Origin: an uncultured Cytophagaceae bacterium
GTDB lineage: Bacteria > Bacteroidota > Bacteroidia > Cytophagales > Microscillaceae
Direction of reading: 5' to 3'
Length of the DNA stretch: 64,000 bases
NCBI GenBank assembly: GCA_964551015.1
Contig: CAZKBP010000003.1
Coordinates: forward strand, 21,327-85,326
In this document: positions 47,469 to 57,080 of the stretch, piece by piece
How positions within the stretch are numbered: position 1 is the first letter of the stretch
Layout: every line of letters begins with the position of its first letter
Made by a program: the position numbers and the translations under genes
Notes under the pieces: model-generated
Told to the model about the DNA's origin: nothing
Database searches by the model: none
The model's input: only the letters and a program-made list of their open reading frames with translations

Positions 47469-48380
47469 ATGAAGCATCTTTTAGGTATTAAAAACCTACA
47501 GGTTCAAGAAATTGAGCTTATTTTCGAAACTGCCGACCGATTCAAAGAAGTCATCAATCGACCCATTAAGAAGGTTCCCTCACTTCGCGATATCACGATT
47601 GCTAATGTTTTCTTCGAGAGTTCCACCCGCACGCGCCTGTCTTTTGAGCTGGCCGAGAAGCGACTTTCTGCTGATGTGATTAACTTTTCTGCCTCGGGTA
47701 GCTCTGTCAAGAAGGGCGAAACGCTACTGGACACCATCAATAACATTTTGGCCATGAAGGTAGATATGATCGTACTAAGGCACCCGAGCGTGGGGGCACC
47801 GCATTATCTGGCCAAGCACGTGCAAGCCAGTATTATCAACGCGGGCGACGGCACACACGAGCATCCCACCCAGGCCTTGTTAGATTCTTTTTCTATTCGG
47901 GAGAAATTTGGAGAAATTGCCGGGAAAAAAATACTCATCGTGGGCGATATCTTGCACTCAAGGGTAGCACTCTCTGATATTCTCACTTTTCAAAAATTAG
48001 GAGCCGAAGTCATGGTTTGTGGGCCAGCCACCTTGTTACCCCGTTATATTCGTGAGATTGGTGTCAAAGTAGAACTCGATCTATACCGGGCACTTCAATG
48101 GTGCGATATTGCCAATGTGCTCCGTATTCAACTAGAAAGGCAGCAAATCAGGTATTTTCCTTCATTGCGTGAATACACGTTATATTATGGGATCAATCGT
48201 GCCTTGTTAGACTCTCTGGATAAAGAGATCACAATTATGCATCCAGGGCCCATTAATCGCGGCACCGAGCTATCGAGTGATGTAGCAGATTCACATCATT
48301 CTATCATTCTCCAGCAAGTAGAAAATGGAGTCGCCATCCGAATGGCAGTACTCTATCTCTTAGCCGAAAGAGGAGGGTAA
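47469..48380 (+). CDS. pyrB: Aspartate carbamoyltransferase catalytic subunit
   Basis: STRTR carbamoyl-phosphate-binding motif (ESSTRTRLSFE), HPTQ (EHPTQALLD) and HPGP (IMHPGPINRG). ATG at 47469 rather than the track's TTG at 47418. Confidence 0.85.
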   Translation: MKHLLGIKNLQVQEIELIFETADRFKEVINRPIKKVPSLRDITIANVFFESSTRTRLSFELAEKRLSADVINFSASGSSVKKGETLLDTINNILAMKVDMIVLRHPSVGAPHYLAKHVQASIINAGDGTHEHPTQALLDSFSIREKFGEIAGKKILIVGDILHSRVALSDILTFQKLGAEVMVCGPATLLPRYIREIGVKVELDLYRALQWCDIANVLRIQLERQQIRYFPSLREYTLYYGINRALLDSLDKEITIMHPGPINRGTELSSDVADSHHSIILQQVENGVAIRMAVLYLLAERGG

Positions 48381-48387
48381 AAAAAGA

Positions 48388-49107
48388 TTAAAAAGGAAGC
48401 ATATAAAATAGCTGATAACCAATCCGAATCTTTAAGGTATTATTAATACCAAAGCCAGCTATATCGTGAATCGCCAATGAATCGCTCGCGCTGGTGGCAA
48501 TTTTTATTCTTAATCTAACCAAAGGCCCCATGTAAATACGCTTGAAAAGACGAGCTTTTAGGCTAGCCGTGACTTCTGCCCAGTGAGCCGTTAAGCCCGT
48601 GGCCTCTAGGGTTTGGGAAAAAGGCAGAACGGCTGGCCCCCAATACTCATTGGTGATAGCGTAAACTAACGAGTGCTCGAAACGGGCAAGCCCGTAGCGC
48701 AGCCCCAATGTAAGTAGACTTCCCAATTGATTTTTATCCCGATACCAAAAATTGTAATCTAAACCAACGCGCAAATAATTGCCAGTACTTTGATAGCTAT
48801 AAGTACCCGCCTTACCTCTGATCCGGCGGTCGTTACCCAGATCAAAGGCGAGCAGAAAACGATGATTGAAAATGAACTCCCCGCTGACCTCAAAATTGCG
48901 AAAGTCTTGGTCAAAAGCATAAATGATAGGAGGAACCAAATCTAAACCCAGCCTAAAACCATCCAAACGCAAGGGGGTTTTGGTTTTGGGCGTTTCTTTG
49001 GTCGAGTCAGCAGGAGCAGGTTCCTGTGCCTTGAGCAAACTCAAGGGGGCGACCAAACACACGATCAGGCTAATTTTGAAAAATTTGGATATGGACTTGA
49101 CTGCCAT
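48388..49107 (-). CDS. Putative outer-membrane beta-barrel protein (hypothetical)
   Basis: Signal peptide, alternating amphipathic beta-strand pattern with aromatic girdle residues, and a C-terminal Phe. Confidence 0.4.
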   Translation of the reverse strand: MAVKSISKFFKISLIVCLVAPLSLLKAQEPAPADSTKETPKTKTPLRLDGFRLGLDLVPPIIYAFDQDFRNFEVSGEFIFNHRFLLAFDLGNDRRIRGKAGTYSYQSTGNYLRVGLDYNFWYRDKNQLGSLLTLGLRYGLARFEHSLVYAITNEYWGPAVLPFSQTLEATGLTAHWAEVTASLKARLFKRIYMGPLVRLRIKIATSASDSLAIHDIAGFGINNTLKIRIGYQLFYMLPF

Positions 49108-49540
49108 CTTCTATTACTTGATTAGATATTCTAGCTGAGTCAAAGGTATGGAAAAGTATTCTCAAGTTGCTAAACACCTCCGAAATACCGCAATCAGGTA
49201 TAATTACTTCCATCTGCCGATCATAGGCCAAACGAAGCGTATCTGAACGGTTGGTACCCGTGAACAAGAAATCTACTTCATTCCGTTCAGAAGCAGTTGG
49301 CAATAAAAAAATGGATAGAGAATCCGTCTCATTGTATAAAACCGAGTCAATCAGCGTTTGATTAGGCGTAATCCCTCTGACCGACTGAAAAGCTACAGTA
49401 TCTGCTTGCAAATCTGCTAGATTGAGGAATTGTACTTGGATTAAAGTATTGGCTGCCTCGCTGCATTTTTCCCGACAAGTTGTTAGAAATAGGGCAATTC
49501 CCAAGAAGCAAGCCCAGATGAACCAGAATTTCTTGTGCAT
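49070..49540 (-). CDS. Hypothetical lipoprotein, co-transcribed with the downstream beta-barrel gene
   Basis: Signal peptide with lipobox LTTC. Overlaps the next minus-strand gene by 38 nt. Confidence 0.4.
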   Translation of the reverse strand: MHKKFWFIWACFLGIALFLTTCREKCSEAANTLIQVQFLNLADLQADTVAFQSVRGITPNQTLIDSVLYNETDSLSIFLLPTASERNEVDFLFTGTNRSDTLRLAYDRQMEVIIPDCGISEVFSNLRILFHTFDSARISNQVIEDGSQVHIQIFQN

Positions 49541-50048
49541 TATAGATCAGAATTCGAGCGAAACTACATAAAAAAAACCCTGCAAACAACAGAGGTTCGC
49601 AAGGTTTCCAAACCATATAACCATGAAAAACCTAACTTACTAATTCTTTATATCTTTTGAAAAGAATCTTCAGAATATCCGCCAAATTATCAATAAAAGA
49701 GAATATTTCAAAGACCTTTCGAAAATCCGAAATCTCGTAATTGAAACTAATAAGACTTTGTTGAATATCGCATAGATGGTTGCTTCCCCTCTGTCCTTCA
49801 TTTTCAGAAATGCTCTTCTGTATTTTTCGCTACTAAAGCGTTGAACAGTTAAATCTGCTCACAAAAATATAAATAAATTTGTATAGCTTGAAATGAATAA
49901 AAAAATAATCTATTCATTATAAAATAAGTGATATAAAAAATAAAAAAAGTAATAGTAAGTTCGTGTTAGAAACGCAAGAATGAGGGCTTACCTGAGAATT
50001 AACCAAGACGACTACCCATTCTCAAGCAAGTGAAGGGGGAGATTAACG

Positions 50049-50068
50049 GCTTATTTAGCGAAATAAGC
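50049..50068. promoter_or_regulatory. Perfect 20-bp palindrome, candidate operator about 100 bp upstream of the HTH-S24 repressor gene
   Basis: GCTTATTT-agcg-AAATAAGC, read directly from the sequence. Confidence 0.35.
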
Positions 50069-50119
50069 TGTAAAGATAAGCAGGTGCTATGAACTCAACC
50101 CCAAATATCTGCGTTTACA

Positions 50120-50141
50120 AATATCAAGAAATTGTGATATT
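50120..50141. promoter_or_regulatory. Second perfect inverted repeat, candidate operator overlapping the likely promoter of the repressor gene
   Basis: AATATCA-agaaattg-TGATATT, 24-45 bp upstream of the ATG at 50165. Confidence 0.35.
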
Positions 50142-50164
50142 ATCCAAACTTTACTCGCAAAACC

Positions 50165-50974
50165 ATGGCAGAGCGTGTCCTCAATGAAAATGAACGAATT
50201 GCATATGTCAGAGAGTTTTTAAGTCTATCACAAGCAGATTTTGCCCAAAGGATCGGAATCTCCCAAGGAGCTCTTTCTCAAATCGAGAACAGTAAAACGG
50301 GAATCTCTCTGGAGACCTTAGTAAAAATTACACGCCAGCTCAATGTGGATTGTAATTGGCTCGTACACGGAGTAGGCGAGGTCTTTTTGACAGAACAAAC
50401 TTCCCACCCAAAATTTTCAGAGGAATACATTATCCTCCCTGCCGACCAAAAAAGCAAAAAATTAATTCCCTTTGTCAAGCACGAGGCGAATGCTGGTTAT
50501 ATACGCTATTACCAAGATCAAAAATACATAGAAAAGCTGGACGCCTACCATATTCCTGGTTTCGAGCACGGTGACTACCGAATGTTTGAGGTCGTGGGAG
50601 ATAGCATGGTTCCTACCTTTTACCCAGGAGAGATTGTGATTAGCGAGTATCAAAAAGAAGAAGATATAGAAGATGGAAGTATTTGTATTATCATTACCCA
50701 AGAGGAGGTATTGGTCAAACGATACTATAAAGACCAAAAGGCTGAGTACCAGACCAAGTTGAAGAGTGATAATGCCAAATACAAAACTCAATATCTGCCC
50801 AAAGATCAAATGCTAGAGATATGGGTGGTCAAGGCTAAAATTACCTCCGTTTTTACGGAACTAACTGACCACTATTCCAAGCGGTTTCATAAATTGGAAT
50901 CAGAGATAGAGAAGCTCTGGCGAGAGTTCAAGGAAGTCCAGCGAGAACCAGACAACGACAAAAAGCAACATTAA
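50165..50974 (+). CDS. CI/LexA-like autocleavable repressor: XRE-family HTH + S24 peptidase domain
   Basis: N-terminal HTH (LSQADFAQRIGISQGALSQIENSKTGISLETLVKITRQL). C-terminal S24 catalytic Ser in GDSMVPTFYPGEIV and Lys in VKRYYK. A roughly 90-aa linker and tail are longer than in classic LexA. Confidence 0.75.
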   Translation: MAERVLNENERIAYVREFLSLSQADFAQRIGISQGALSQIENSKTGISLETLVKITRQLNVDCNWLVHGVGEVFLTEQTSHPKFSEEYIILPADQKSKKLIPFVKHEANAGYIRYYQDQKYIEKLDAYHIPGFEHGDYRMFEVVGDSMVPTFYPGEIVISEYQKEEDIEDGSICIIITQEEVLVKRYYKDQKAEYQTKLKSDNAKYKTQYLPKDQMLEIWVVKAKITSVFTELTDHYSKRFHKLESEIEKLWREFKEVQREPDNDKKQH

Positions 50975-51831
50975 TGGGCAATCCGCTGCTTTTGATTCTC
51001 CACTGACTTAGATTCAGATACATGCTTTTTGGCTTGCTCTACCAAGGTTTTAAAAATCAATCGTTGCTTAGCGAGGTGGATGAGAAATTCTGGATGCCAT
51101 TGTACACCCAGAACGAAATTTTGTTGTGTTGACTCGATCCCCTGGACTACCTGATTTTTTTCTTGGGCTACTACTTCCAAGCTTTGCCCAGTTTCTTTGA
51201 CAGCTTGATGATGGAGGGCATTGACCTGCAAATGCTCTACTTGTAAAGCCTCAGCGAGTTTGCTATCCGGCTTAATCCATACCTCTTTCACAGGAAAAAT
51301 GCTACGCGGATTGGGTTCTTCCAAATAAAAAACATTAATATCCTGATGTAAGGAACCCTTGAAGTATACATTGAGCAACTGGGCTCCTCTGCAAATGCCT
51401 AACATGGGAAGGCTTTTTTCAGAGGCTTCGTGAATCAGTTGTAGCTCCAGATGATCTCGTTCCTTATCTATTTGGTGGATGTTTTGAGTGCTTACACTCA
51501 GTAGCTTACGAATCAGAGAGATAAAGGGATAGGCTAATTGCCCGAAAAAACTACTGATTTTTTCCCAAAAGCTTTTCCGAGAGTCTTTGAGTGTTTGGTC
51601 AAGGTATTTTTGGATAAAATCTTTTTGGGTATAAGTATTGGGATCAACATCTGCCCCTCCACCGATAATTAAGCCATCCAAGTCCTCAATACTCTGAGGC
51701 TTGGCTGGCCGAATCCGAACAGGATTTCCTCCCACTAATCGTACCGACCAGGCGGTGAAAAGCCAGGCGGCAAATCCCCCTTTATCCGGCCCTGTGATAC
51801 CAATTTTAGGTTTGTATTGCTTTAATTTCAT
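50971..51831 (-). CDS. Peptidase C26 / class I glutamine-amidotransferase-like gamma-glutamyl hydrolase (PuuD-like)
   Basis: IGITGPD...LDGLIIGGGADVDPNTY...LPMLGICRGAQLLNV (catalytic Cys)...NALHHQAV...LGVQWHPEF (catalytic His). Overlaps the upstream gene by 26 nt, so they are in one operon. Confidence 0.75.
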   Translation of the reverse strand: MKLKQYKPKIGITGPDKGGFAAWLFTAWSVRLVGGNPVRIRPAKPQSIEDLDGLIIGGGADVDPNTYTQKDFIQKYLDQTLKDSRKSFWEKISSFFGQLAYPFISLIRKLLSVSTQNIHQIDKERDHLELQLIHEASEKSLPMLGICRGAQLLNVYFKGSLHQDINVFYLEEPNPRSIFPVKEVWIKPDSKLAEALQVEHLQVNALHHQAVKETGQSLEVVAQEKNQVVQGIESTQQNFVLGVQWHPEFLIHLAKQRLIFKTLVEQAKKHVSESKSVENQKQRIAH

Positions 51832-52828
51832 AATCTTCTTCTAACTTCTTGATCCAAGCATCAGATTTACTTTGCAGCAAAGAGGCATCCAATGCTAAGT
51901 ATTTTTGACTCATTTCCTGAATAAGCGTAGGTTCACTAGCCAACCGCTCTACCTCTAGCCAACGATTCCACTCCAAAGCCAGAGACCAATCGGCCTGACC
52001 CACCAGGCTATTGGGCAAGCGGTAATGAAGGGTAGGACGCTTGGATACCCATTTTACGCTAGAGAGCTGACTGACCCTTTCTTCCATCATCCAACTAAAT
52101 AAGGGATACAAATCCAGCGGACGGTTTCGATCAGGATTGTGGGCATGATATTCTTCTAGGAGTTTCTCAGGACTAGGGTTGTAATCAGGAGCCAACACGA
52201 GCTCCAGATAAGCTTCGGGAAAGGGCTGGATGTAAGTAGAAATACGACGAGTGAAATCAATTTCAGATATTTTGAAAAGCCACGGGTAGAGGAGAAGAAA
52301 GGCTCTGAGATAGCGGAGAACCGTTTGAGCATCTTGGAGAGGAATCTCTGGATTAATATGCATACCATACACATAACTGAGTGCTCCCTTGGTACCTGAG
52401 GCGTGTTTTTCGTGGAGAAAACGTCTCAAAGATTCAGCTTGCTCCATTTCCGTGAGGGGAAGAGGAGGTAGAGATAATTCATAAGGAATCACGAGTCCCG
52501 TAACGGTCGCCAGCCATTGGTCTAGAATCTCCTCCAAAGAGCGAGAGCCAATTTCCCATTCAGCCACCCGAATGCCCTGCTCCTCCAAAAATTGCTTGTA
52601 CATCTTTTCACTCAGCAAACGCGTATCTACTTCTACCGTGAAATCACCCCAAGCAGTATCCTTGACTTGGTAGCGGTAGGCATTATGACGATTACAAGTG
52701 CCTCCATATTGAGTCTGGATATATTGGGCAACTTCTTCCAAAGGAACATTACTAAACTCAATCTCATACCCAACTCGACGTACCTTCCCGTCTTCTTGAT
52801 AAATTTGATCAGGTAATATAAACTCCAT
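51806..52828 (-). CDS. Putative glutamine-synthetase-fold amidoligase (Amidoligase_2-like carboxylate-amine ligase)
   Basis: N-terminal RRVGYEIEF resembles the metal-binding E-x-E strand of GS-like amidoligases. It is genetically coupled (overlapping) to a C26 thiol peptidase, the neighbourhood described for the Amidoligase_2 family. Family membership is not verified. Confidence 0.45.
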   Translation of the reverse strand: MEFILPDQIYQEDGKVRRVGYEIEFSNVPLEEVAQYIQTQYGGTCNRHNAYRYQVKDTAWGDFTVEVDTRLLSEKMYKQFLEEQGIRVAEWEIGSRSLEEILDQWLATVTGLVIPYELSLPPLPLTEMEQAESLRRFLHEKHASGTKGALSYVYGMHINPEIPLQDAQTVLRYLRAFLLLYPWLFKISEIDFTRRISTYIQPFPEAYLELVLAPDYNPSPEKLLEEYHAHNPDRNRPLDLYPLFSWMMEERVSQLSSVKWVSKRPTLHYRLPNSLVGQADWSLALEWNRWLEVERLASEPTLIQEMSQKYLALDASLLQSKSDAWIKKLEEDYEIKAIQT

Positions 52829-52937
52829 ACTCTTTGAACAAGATTACCCGCCAATCGGTTGGGAGCCTCGAGCAAAGAAAAACCACTTACCGCATGGGAT
52901 AAGTGGTTTTCTATGAGAAAACAGATGCTTTTTATTT

Positions 52938-53873
52938 TTATTGAATAATCTCTTCGGGTTCTTCTGCTCGTTGTGTATTTTTCTCAGCTTCCAGACGAGC
53001 TTTGAGGTCTTGGAGCTTACTGGGGCGCACGAAAGTCTTTTGCCAAGCTTCCGAAAAAGACCGAGAGTTAAATATATCCTTCACAATGTCAATCCACTCG
53101 TGGAATACCAAGTAGGCAGGATTATAAGAGTTGACAGGGGTCGTAATGCCATAATTGGGAGTTTCTTCTTCTGGCTGAAAAGTACCAAACATCCGATCCC
53201 AAATCACAAAGGTAGAACCGTAATTCTTGTCCAAGTATTTTTCGTCCCGAGCGTGATGCACGCGGTGGTGGGAGGGAGTCACGAACACGTATTCAACTGG
53301 CGCAGGTAATTTGCGGATAAACTCCGTGTGCAACCAAAACTGGTATAAAACTTCTATTTGATGACAAACAAAGAAAACTACGGGGTGAAAACCCGCGAAA
53401 GCAACTGGAAGGAAAAAGATAATTTTCAATTGTTGTACCCAGGAAAGCCGAAAAGAAACGGAAAAATTATATTGCTCAGAAGAGTGATGTACCACGTGAG
53501 TTGCCCACCAAAAACGATTTTCGTGAGATACCCGATGCGAAACATATCGCCAGAAATCTAGCCACACCAAACACAAAATAAAAGACCACCAAGTAAAAGG
53601 AATAGACCAAGGTATTAGGTTGTAAACAACCAAAATGATTCCAAATAGCAAAGCCTTGCTCAGGGCACTGGTAACTAAATTACCCAGTCCTACACCAATC
53701 GAGGCTAGCAAATCTTTTCCTTCATAAACTTTTCGGTGTGTTTTGACACTCAAAATCCATTCTAATAATATCAAACCTAACATCACTGGGATCGCCAAAA
53801 GGATGATGTTGGATACCCCCGCTTCCTGAAGCATTACTTGGACTTTATCGAGGGTCAAAATTTCTTTGTTCAT
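52938..53873 (-). CDS. Fatty acid hydroxylase / sterol desaturase superfamily membrane di-iron enzyme (paralog of 25958-27241)
   Basis: His boxes HRVSHENRFWWATHVVHHSSEQYN and HHRVHHARD. Four TM helices. First gene of the three-gene minus-strand operon. Confidence 0.7.
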   Translation of the reverse strand: MNKEILTLDKVQVMLQEAGVSNIILLAIPVMLGLILLEWILSVKTHRKVYEGKDLLASIGVGLGNLVTSALSKALLFGIILVVYNLIPWSIPFTWWSFILCLVWLDFWRYVSHRVSHENRFWWATHVVHHSSEQYNFSVSFRLSWVQQLKIIFFLPVAFAGFHPVVFFVCHQIEVLYQFWLHTEFIRKLPAPVEYVFVTPSHHRVHHARDEKYLDKNYGSTFVIWDRMFGTFQPEEETPNYGITTPVNSYNPAYLVFHEWIDIVKDIFNSRSFSEAWQKTFVRPSKLQDLKARLEAEKNTQRAEEPEEIIQ

Positions 53874-54155
53874 TGTTTGTTGATTAAATGAATGTTTGAA
53901 TTTTTTTTAAACTACGAGCTACAAATATACCACGCGCTTAGGGATTTACAACATGAATTGAATGAATTCATGGTATAAGAATGTTACTCGTGAACAAAAC
54001 AAAGTAGTCTGAAGGGAGTTTGCGCTCCCTCAAACGAGATTCAAGAAAATAATAGTTGACAAAAAGCTTTTTATGAAAATTTAAGAAAAAGACTTATTTT
54101 CCAAGCGGATAAATTTAAACAAGATTTTAATCAATCATTCTAAAAAAAGACATTC

Positions 54156-54641
54156 ATGACCAAAACTGCTGATCTCTGCGACCAATTTATAGATCAATTA
54201 CAAGTAGCTGAACCCATCTTCCAGCCTTATGGAAAAAAAACACAGTTTGAAGGAGAAATCTATACCCTCAAACTCTTCGAGGATAACTCCCTGGTACGTC
54301 AAACCCTAGAAACAGCCGGACAGGGTAGGGTATTGGTGGTAGACGGCGGAGGCTCACTTCGCTGTGCTCTCGTGGGCGATAATCTAGCGGCCTTGGCCGT
54401 GAAAAACGAATGGGCAGGAATTTTGGTGTATGGATGCATCCGAGATGCGGCCGATATCAATCAGATGCCCGTGGGTATCAAAGCACTGCATACTTCTCCG
54501 GTCAAGAGCATTAAGCGAGGAGAAGGGCAAGAAAACCTAGAGCTTAGATTTGCTGGAGTTCATTTCGTTCCTGGGTACTACCTCTACTCAGATGAGGATG
54601 GAATTGTACTAGCTGAAAAGAAACTAAATATAGAAAGCTAA
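54156..54641 (+). CDS. RraA-family protein (RNase E regulator / 4-hydroxy-4-methyl-2-oxoglutarate aldolase-like)
   Basis: 161 aa. Pattern LVVDGGGSLRCALVGDNLAALAVKNEWAGILVYGCIRD fits the RraA/MenG family. Confidence 0.65.
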   Translation: MTKTADLCDQFIDQLQVAEPIFQPYGKKTQFEGEIYTLKLFEDNSLVRQTLETAGQGRVLVVDGGGSLRCALVGDNLAALAVKNEWAGILVYGCIRDAADINQMPVGIKALHTSPVKSIKRGEGQENLELRFAGVHFVPGYYLYSDEDGIVLAEKKLNIES

Positions 54642-54729
54642 CCTCCATCGCTAAATGCTGGTATGGAGATAAATCGTGCATCTGGGTTAGTAAATTAGTT
54701 AGCTAATCAGAAAACACTCAACTCTGTCA

Positions 54730-55002
54730 TCACTGATTCTTAATGCGGAGTAAGTAGTTCATAAATGCATCGTACACCGCTCTGGCCTTGGGGTCTTGGG
54801 GAAGTTGCTTCCCTAGCACGATATCCGCCATTTGTATCTGATCTGCGAAATACTTGACCTCTTCTTCGCTCAGGTTAAGTTCTTGCATTGCGTGCTGGAG
54901 TGCTTCTTGAATATAGGCTGTACTGTGAGCAGGTGGCTGGGAGGTGAGCCAAATCATCAGGTGCAAGATTTCGTGCTTATGTGCATCTAGCGAGTCGTCC
55001 AT
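54730..55002 (-). CDS. Hypothetical small protein
   Basis: 90-aa ORF. No motif recognised. Confidence 0.3.
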   Translation of the reverse strand: MDDSLDAHKHEILHLMIWLTSQPPAHSTAYIQEALQHAMQELNLSEEEVKYFADQIQMADIVLGKQLPQDPKARAVYDAFMNYLLRIKNQ

Positions 55003-55067
55003 AGTTTATTTGTAAAAATCTAACATTAGGCTTAAAATTGTAATATAAATTTTTTAGCGCACAATCT

Positions 55068-56372
55068 ATGAATGTAAAAGCATTTTTAAGTGCTCTCATG
55101 ATTCTCCTTACAAGTTTTATCACCAAGGAGTATGCTCGGGAGCAAACGATTTACCAATCCAAACAAAAAGCGCTTACTTGGCACTGTTTACGACCTGATT
55201 ATTTCCCTGTTCTAAATACCTATTCTTCTCGAGAAGAGTGGGAAAAGGTAAACTGGCTCGTCGAGGATTTTGTAAAACAATGGAAACTGAAAGGAGCAGC
55301 TCTGGCCTTGGTCAAAGACGGTAGACTCGTTTATGTAAAAGGCTTCGGCTACGCTGACCAAGAAAAAAATATTCGGGTAAAACCTCAACATCTCTTCCGT
55401 ATCGCCAGTGTTTCTAAGCTTTTTACCGCCGTGGGCGTGATGAAATTGGTAGAGCAAGACAAGCTCCGTCTGGACGATCCAGTGTTTGGCCCCGAGGGAA
55501 TTTTGAGCGACACCATCTTCCAAGAAATTGCAGACCCGCTCGCGCTGAAAATAAAAGTCAAGCACCTGCTTAATCATACCGGAGGCTGGCGTAACGAGCT
55601 ACGGACCGACCCTATGTTCGTACCCACGCGCGTAGCTGAAAAAATGGATGTAGCTTCTCCTCCCTCCTTAGAAACCAGCATTCGTTTTATGCTTTCACAG
55701 AAAGGCTACTTTGAGCCAGGTACTTTTTACGACTATTCTAATTTTGGTTATGCCTTGCTGGGCAAAGTTATCGAGAAAGTAACCGGTAAAAGCTACGTGG
55801 GCTATATGCAAGAAGAAATTTTAGCTCCCTTGGGGATTCATCATATGCAAATGACAGCTGACCAATACGAGAAAAAGCACCCCCTCGAGGTGCGTTACTA
55901 TACGGCTGAAAATGCTGAATTGAATCTTTCTTTTTTAGGTACAGGTGATTCGGCTTCCAGAGCCTACAAGGGTACTTACACCTCTGGATTAGGAGGGGCT
56001 GGCGGGTGGATTGCTTCGCCCATTGACTTAATGCGATTTTTAGTCGCCATTGATGGCTTGGATACGAAGCCTGACTTGCTCCGCAAAGAATCTATTCAAA
56101 CCATGACCTCACCCCCCGAAGTGGATAGTTTGGGAAAATTAGTGCTCGGCTGGAAAAAGGTAGACCAAGAAAAATGGTGGCGAACGGGGAGTCTCGCTTG
56201 CACTGGCATTTCTTTGGTCAGACGCGAGGATGGACTCAGTTGGGTATTTGTGACCAATACTGGCACTTGGCGAGGGCCTTTTTTCTCCTACGAGATAGAG
56301 AGCTTAATGCGAAGAGTCTTGGCTCAAATCAAGACTTGGCCTGAGATCGATCTTTTTGAGCTAATTCCTTGA
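55068..56372 (+). CDS. Serine hydrolase of the beta-lactamase/transpeptidase superfamily (class C-like esterase)
   Basis: Signal peptide. Active-site S-x-x-K in FRIASVSKLFTA. YxN-like and downstream motifs are plausible. 434 aa. Confidence 0.7.
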   Translation: MNVKAFLSALMILLTSFITKEYAREQTIYQSKQKALTWHCLRPDYFPVLNTYSSREEWEKVNWLVEDFVKQWKLKGAALALVKDGRLVYVKGFGYADQEKNIRVKPQHLFRIASVSKLFTAVGVMKLVEQDKLRLDDPVFGPEGILSDTIFQEIADPLALKIKVKHLLNHTGGWRNELRTDPMFVPTRVAEKMDVASPPSLETSIRFMLSQKGYFEPGTFYDYSNFGYALLGKVIEKVTGKSYVGYMQEEILAPLGIHHMQMTADQYEKKHPLEVRYYTAENAELNLSFLGTGDSASRAYKGTYTSGLGGAGGWIASPIDLMRFLVAIDGLDTKPDLLRKESIQTMTSPPEVDSLGKLVLGWKKVDQEKWWRTGSLACTGISLVRREDGLSWVFVTNTGTWRGPFFSYEIESLMRRVLAQIKTWPEIDLFELIP

Positions 56373-56592
56373 TATTTTTCAAGAAGAAAAATTCGTTTAA
56401 AAGCAATATTTATTCTCTTAATAAGTTTATAGAGGAAGATCAACGTGTTGTTTAATTCTTGGCCTCGGGAGCGCAGGACTGAACTAATCTAATTGCTTCA
56501 AAGTTAGCAAACTGATAAATAAAACCTACAAAACCACTTTCTCGTGTAGGTTTTAGCATTAGAACTTTCTTAATTGCATTGAGTAAAATCTT

Positions 56593-57054
56593 ATGACTAA
56601 AAAAATGAGGGTATTTCACGCCCGCCTAATTTTGATGTGTCTGGCCATGTTTATGCTGGGCATTCAGGTGATTTTATGGATACAGGATTTTTGGTCAGCC
56701 CAAGCTTCCTTTCCCCACATTCTGACTATTTTGGTGATGCTCTTTATCTGGATCAGTCAATTGCTGAGTCAGCTGATTGAGAACCAAAGGCACACGACTC
56801 AAAAAGAGTTTCGCTCTGCTTCTATTTTGCAAATTGATTTCTTAGACCGTGAATGGTATCTACCCGCCAATCGCTTGCTATTGCTGCTGCTAGCCAGCGC
56901 GCTGTTAGGAGGGCAGATTTCTTCGCTATGGCTAGCTGTTTTCTGGAGTGAATCCATCCTCACTTCACTCCTAGGTACTACGGCCATGCTAACTTTACTG
57001 ATCTATTTGATCTTTACCCAAATCCACGAAGATAAACTAAATCAAAGTAAATAA
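56593..57054 (+). CDS. Hypothetical membrane protein
   Basis: 153 aa with four hydrophobic helices. Confidence 0.35.
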   Translation: MTKKMRVFHARLILMCLAMFMLGIQVILWIQDFWSAQASFPHILTILVMLFIWISQLLSQLIENQRHTTQKEFRSASILQIDFLDREWYLPANRLLLLLLASALLGGQISSLWLAVFWSESILTSLLGTTAMLTLLIYLIFTQIHEDKLNQSK

Positions 57055-57080
57055 ATCTTGCAGCATCAAACCCAGAAGCT

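Noticed and set aside
53874-54155. Shared operator between the HTH-S24 repressor leader and the promoter region of the convergent three-gene operon.
   Set aside because: Neither GCTTATTT/AAATAAGC nor AATATCA/TGATATT half-sites occur upstream of the 52938-53873 gene. Direct regulation of the operon by the repressor is therefore unsupported by sequence and remains speculation.
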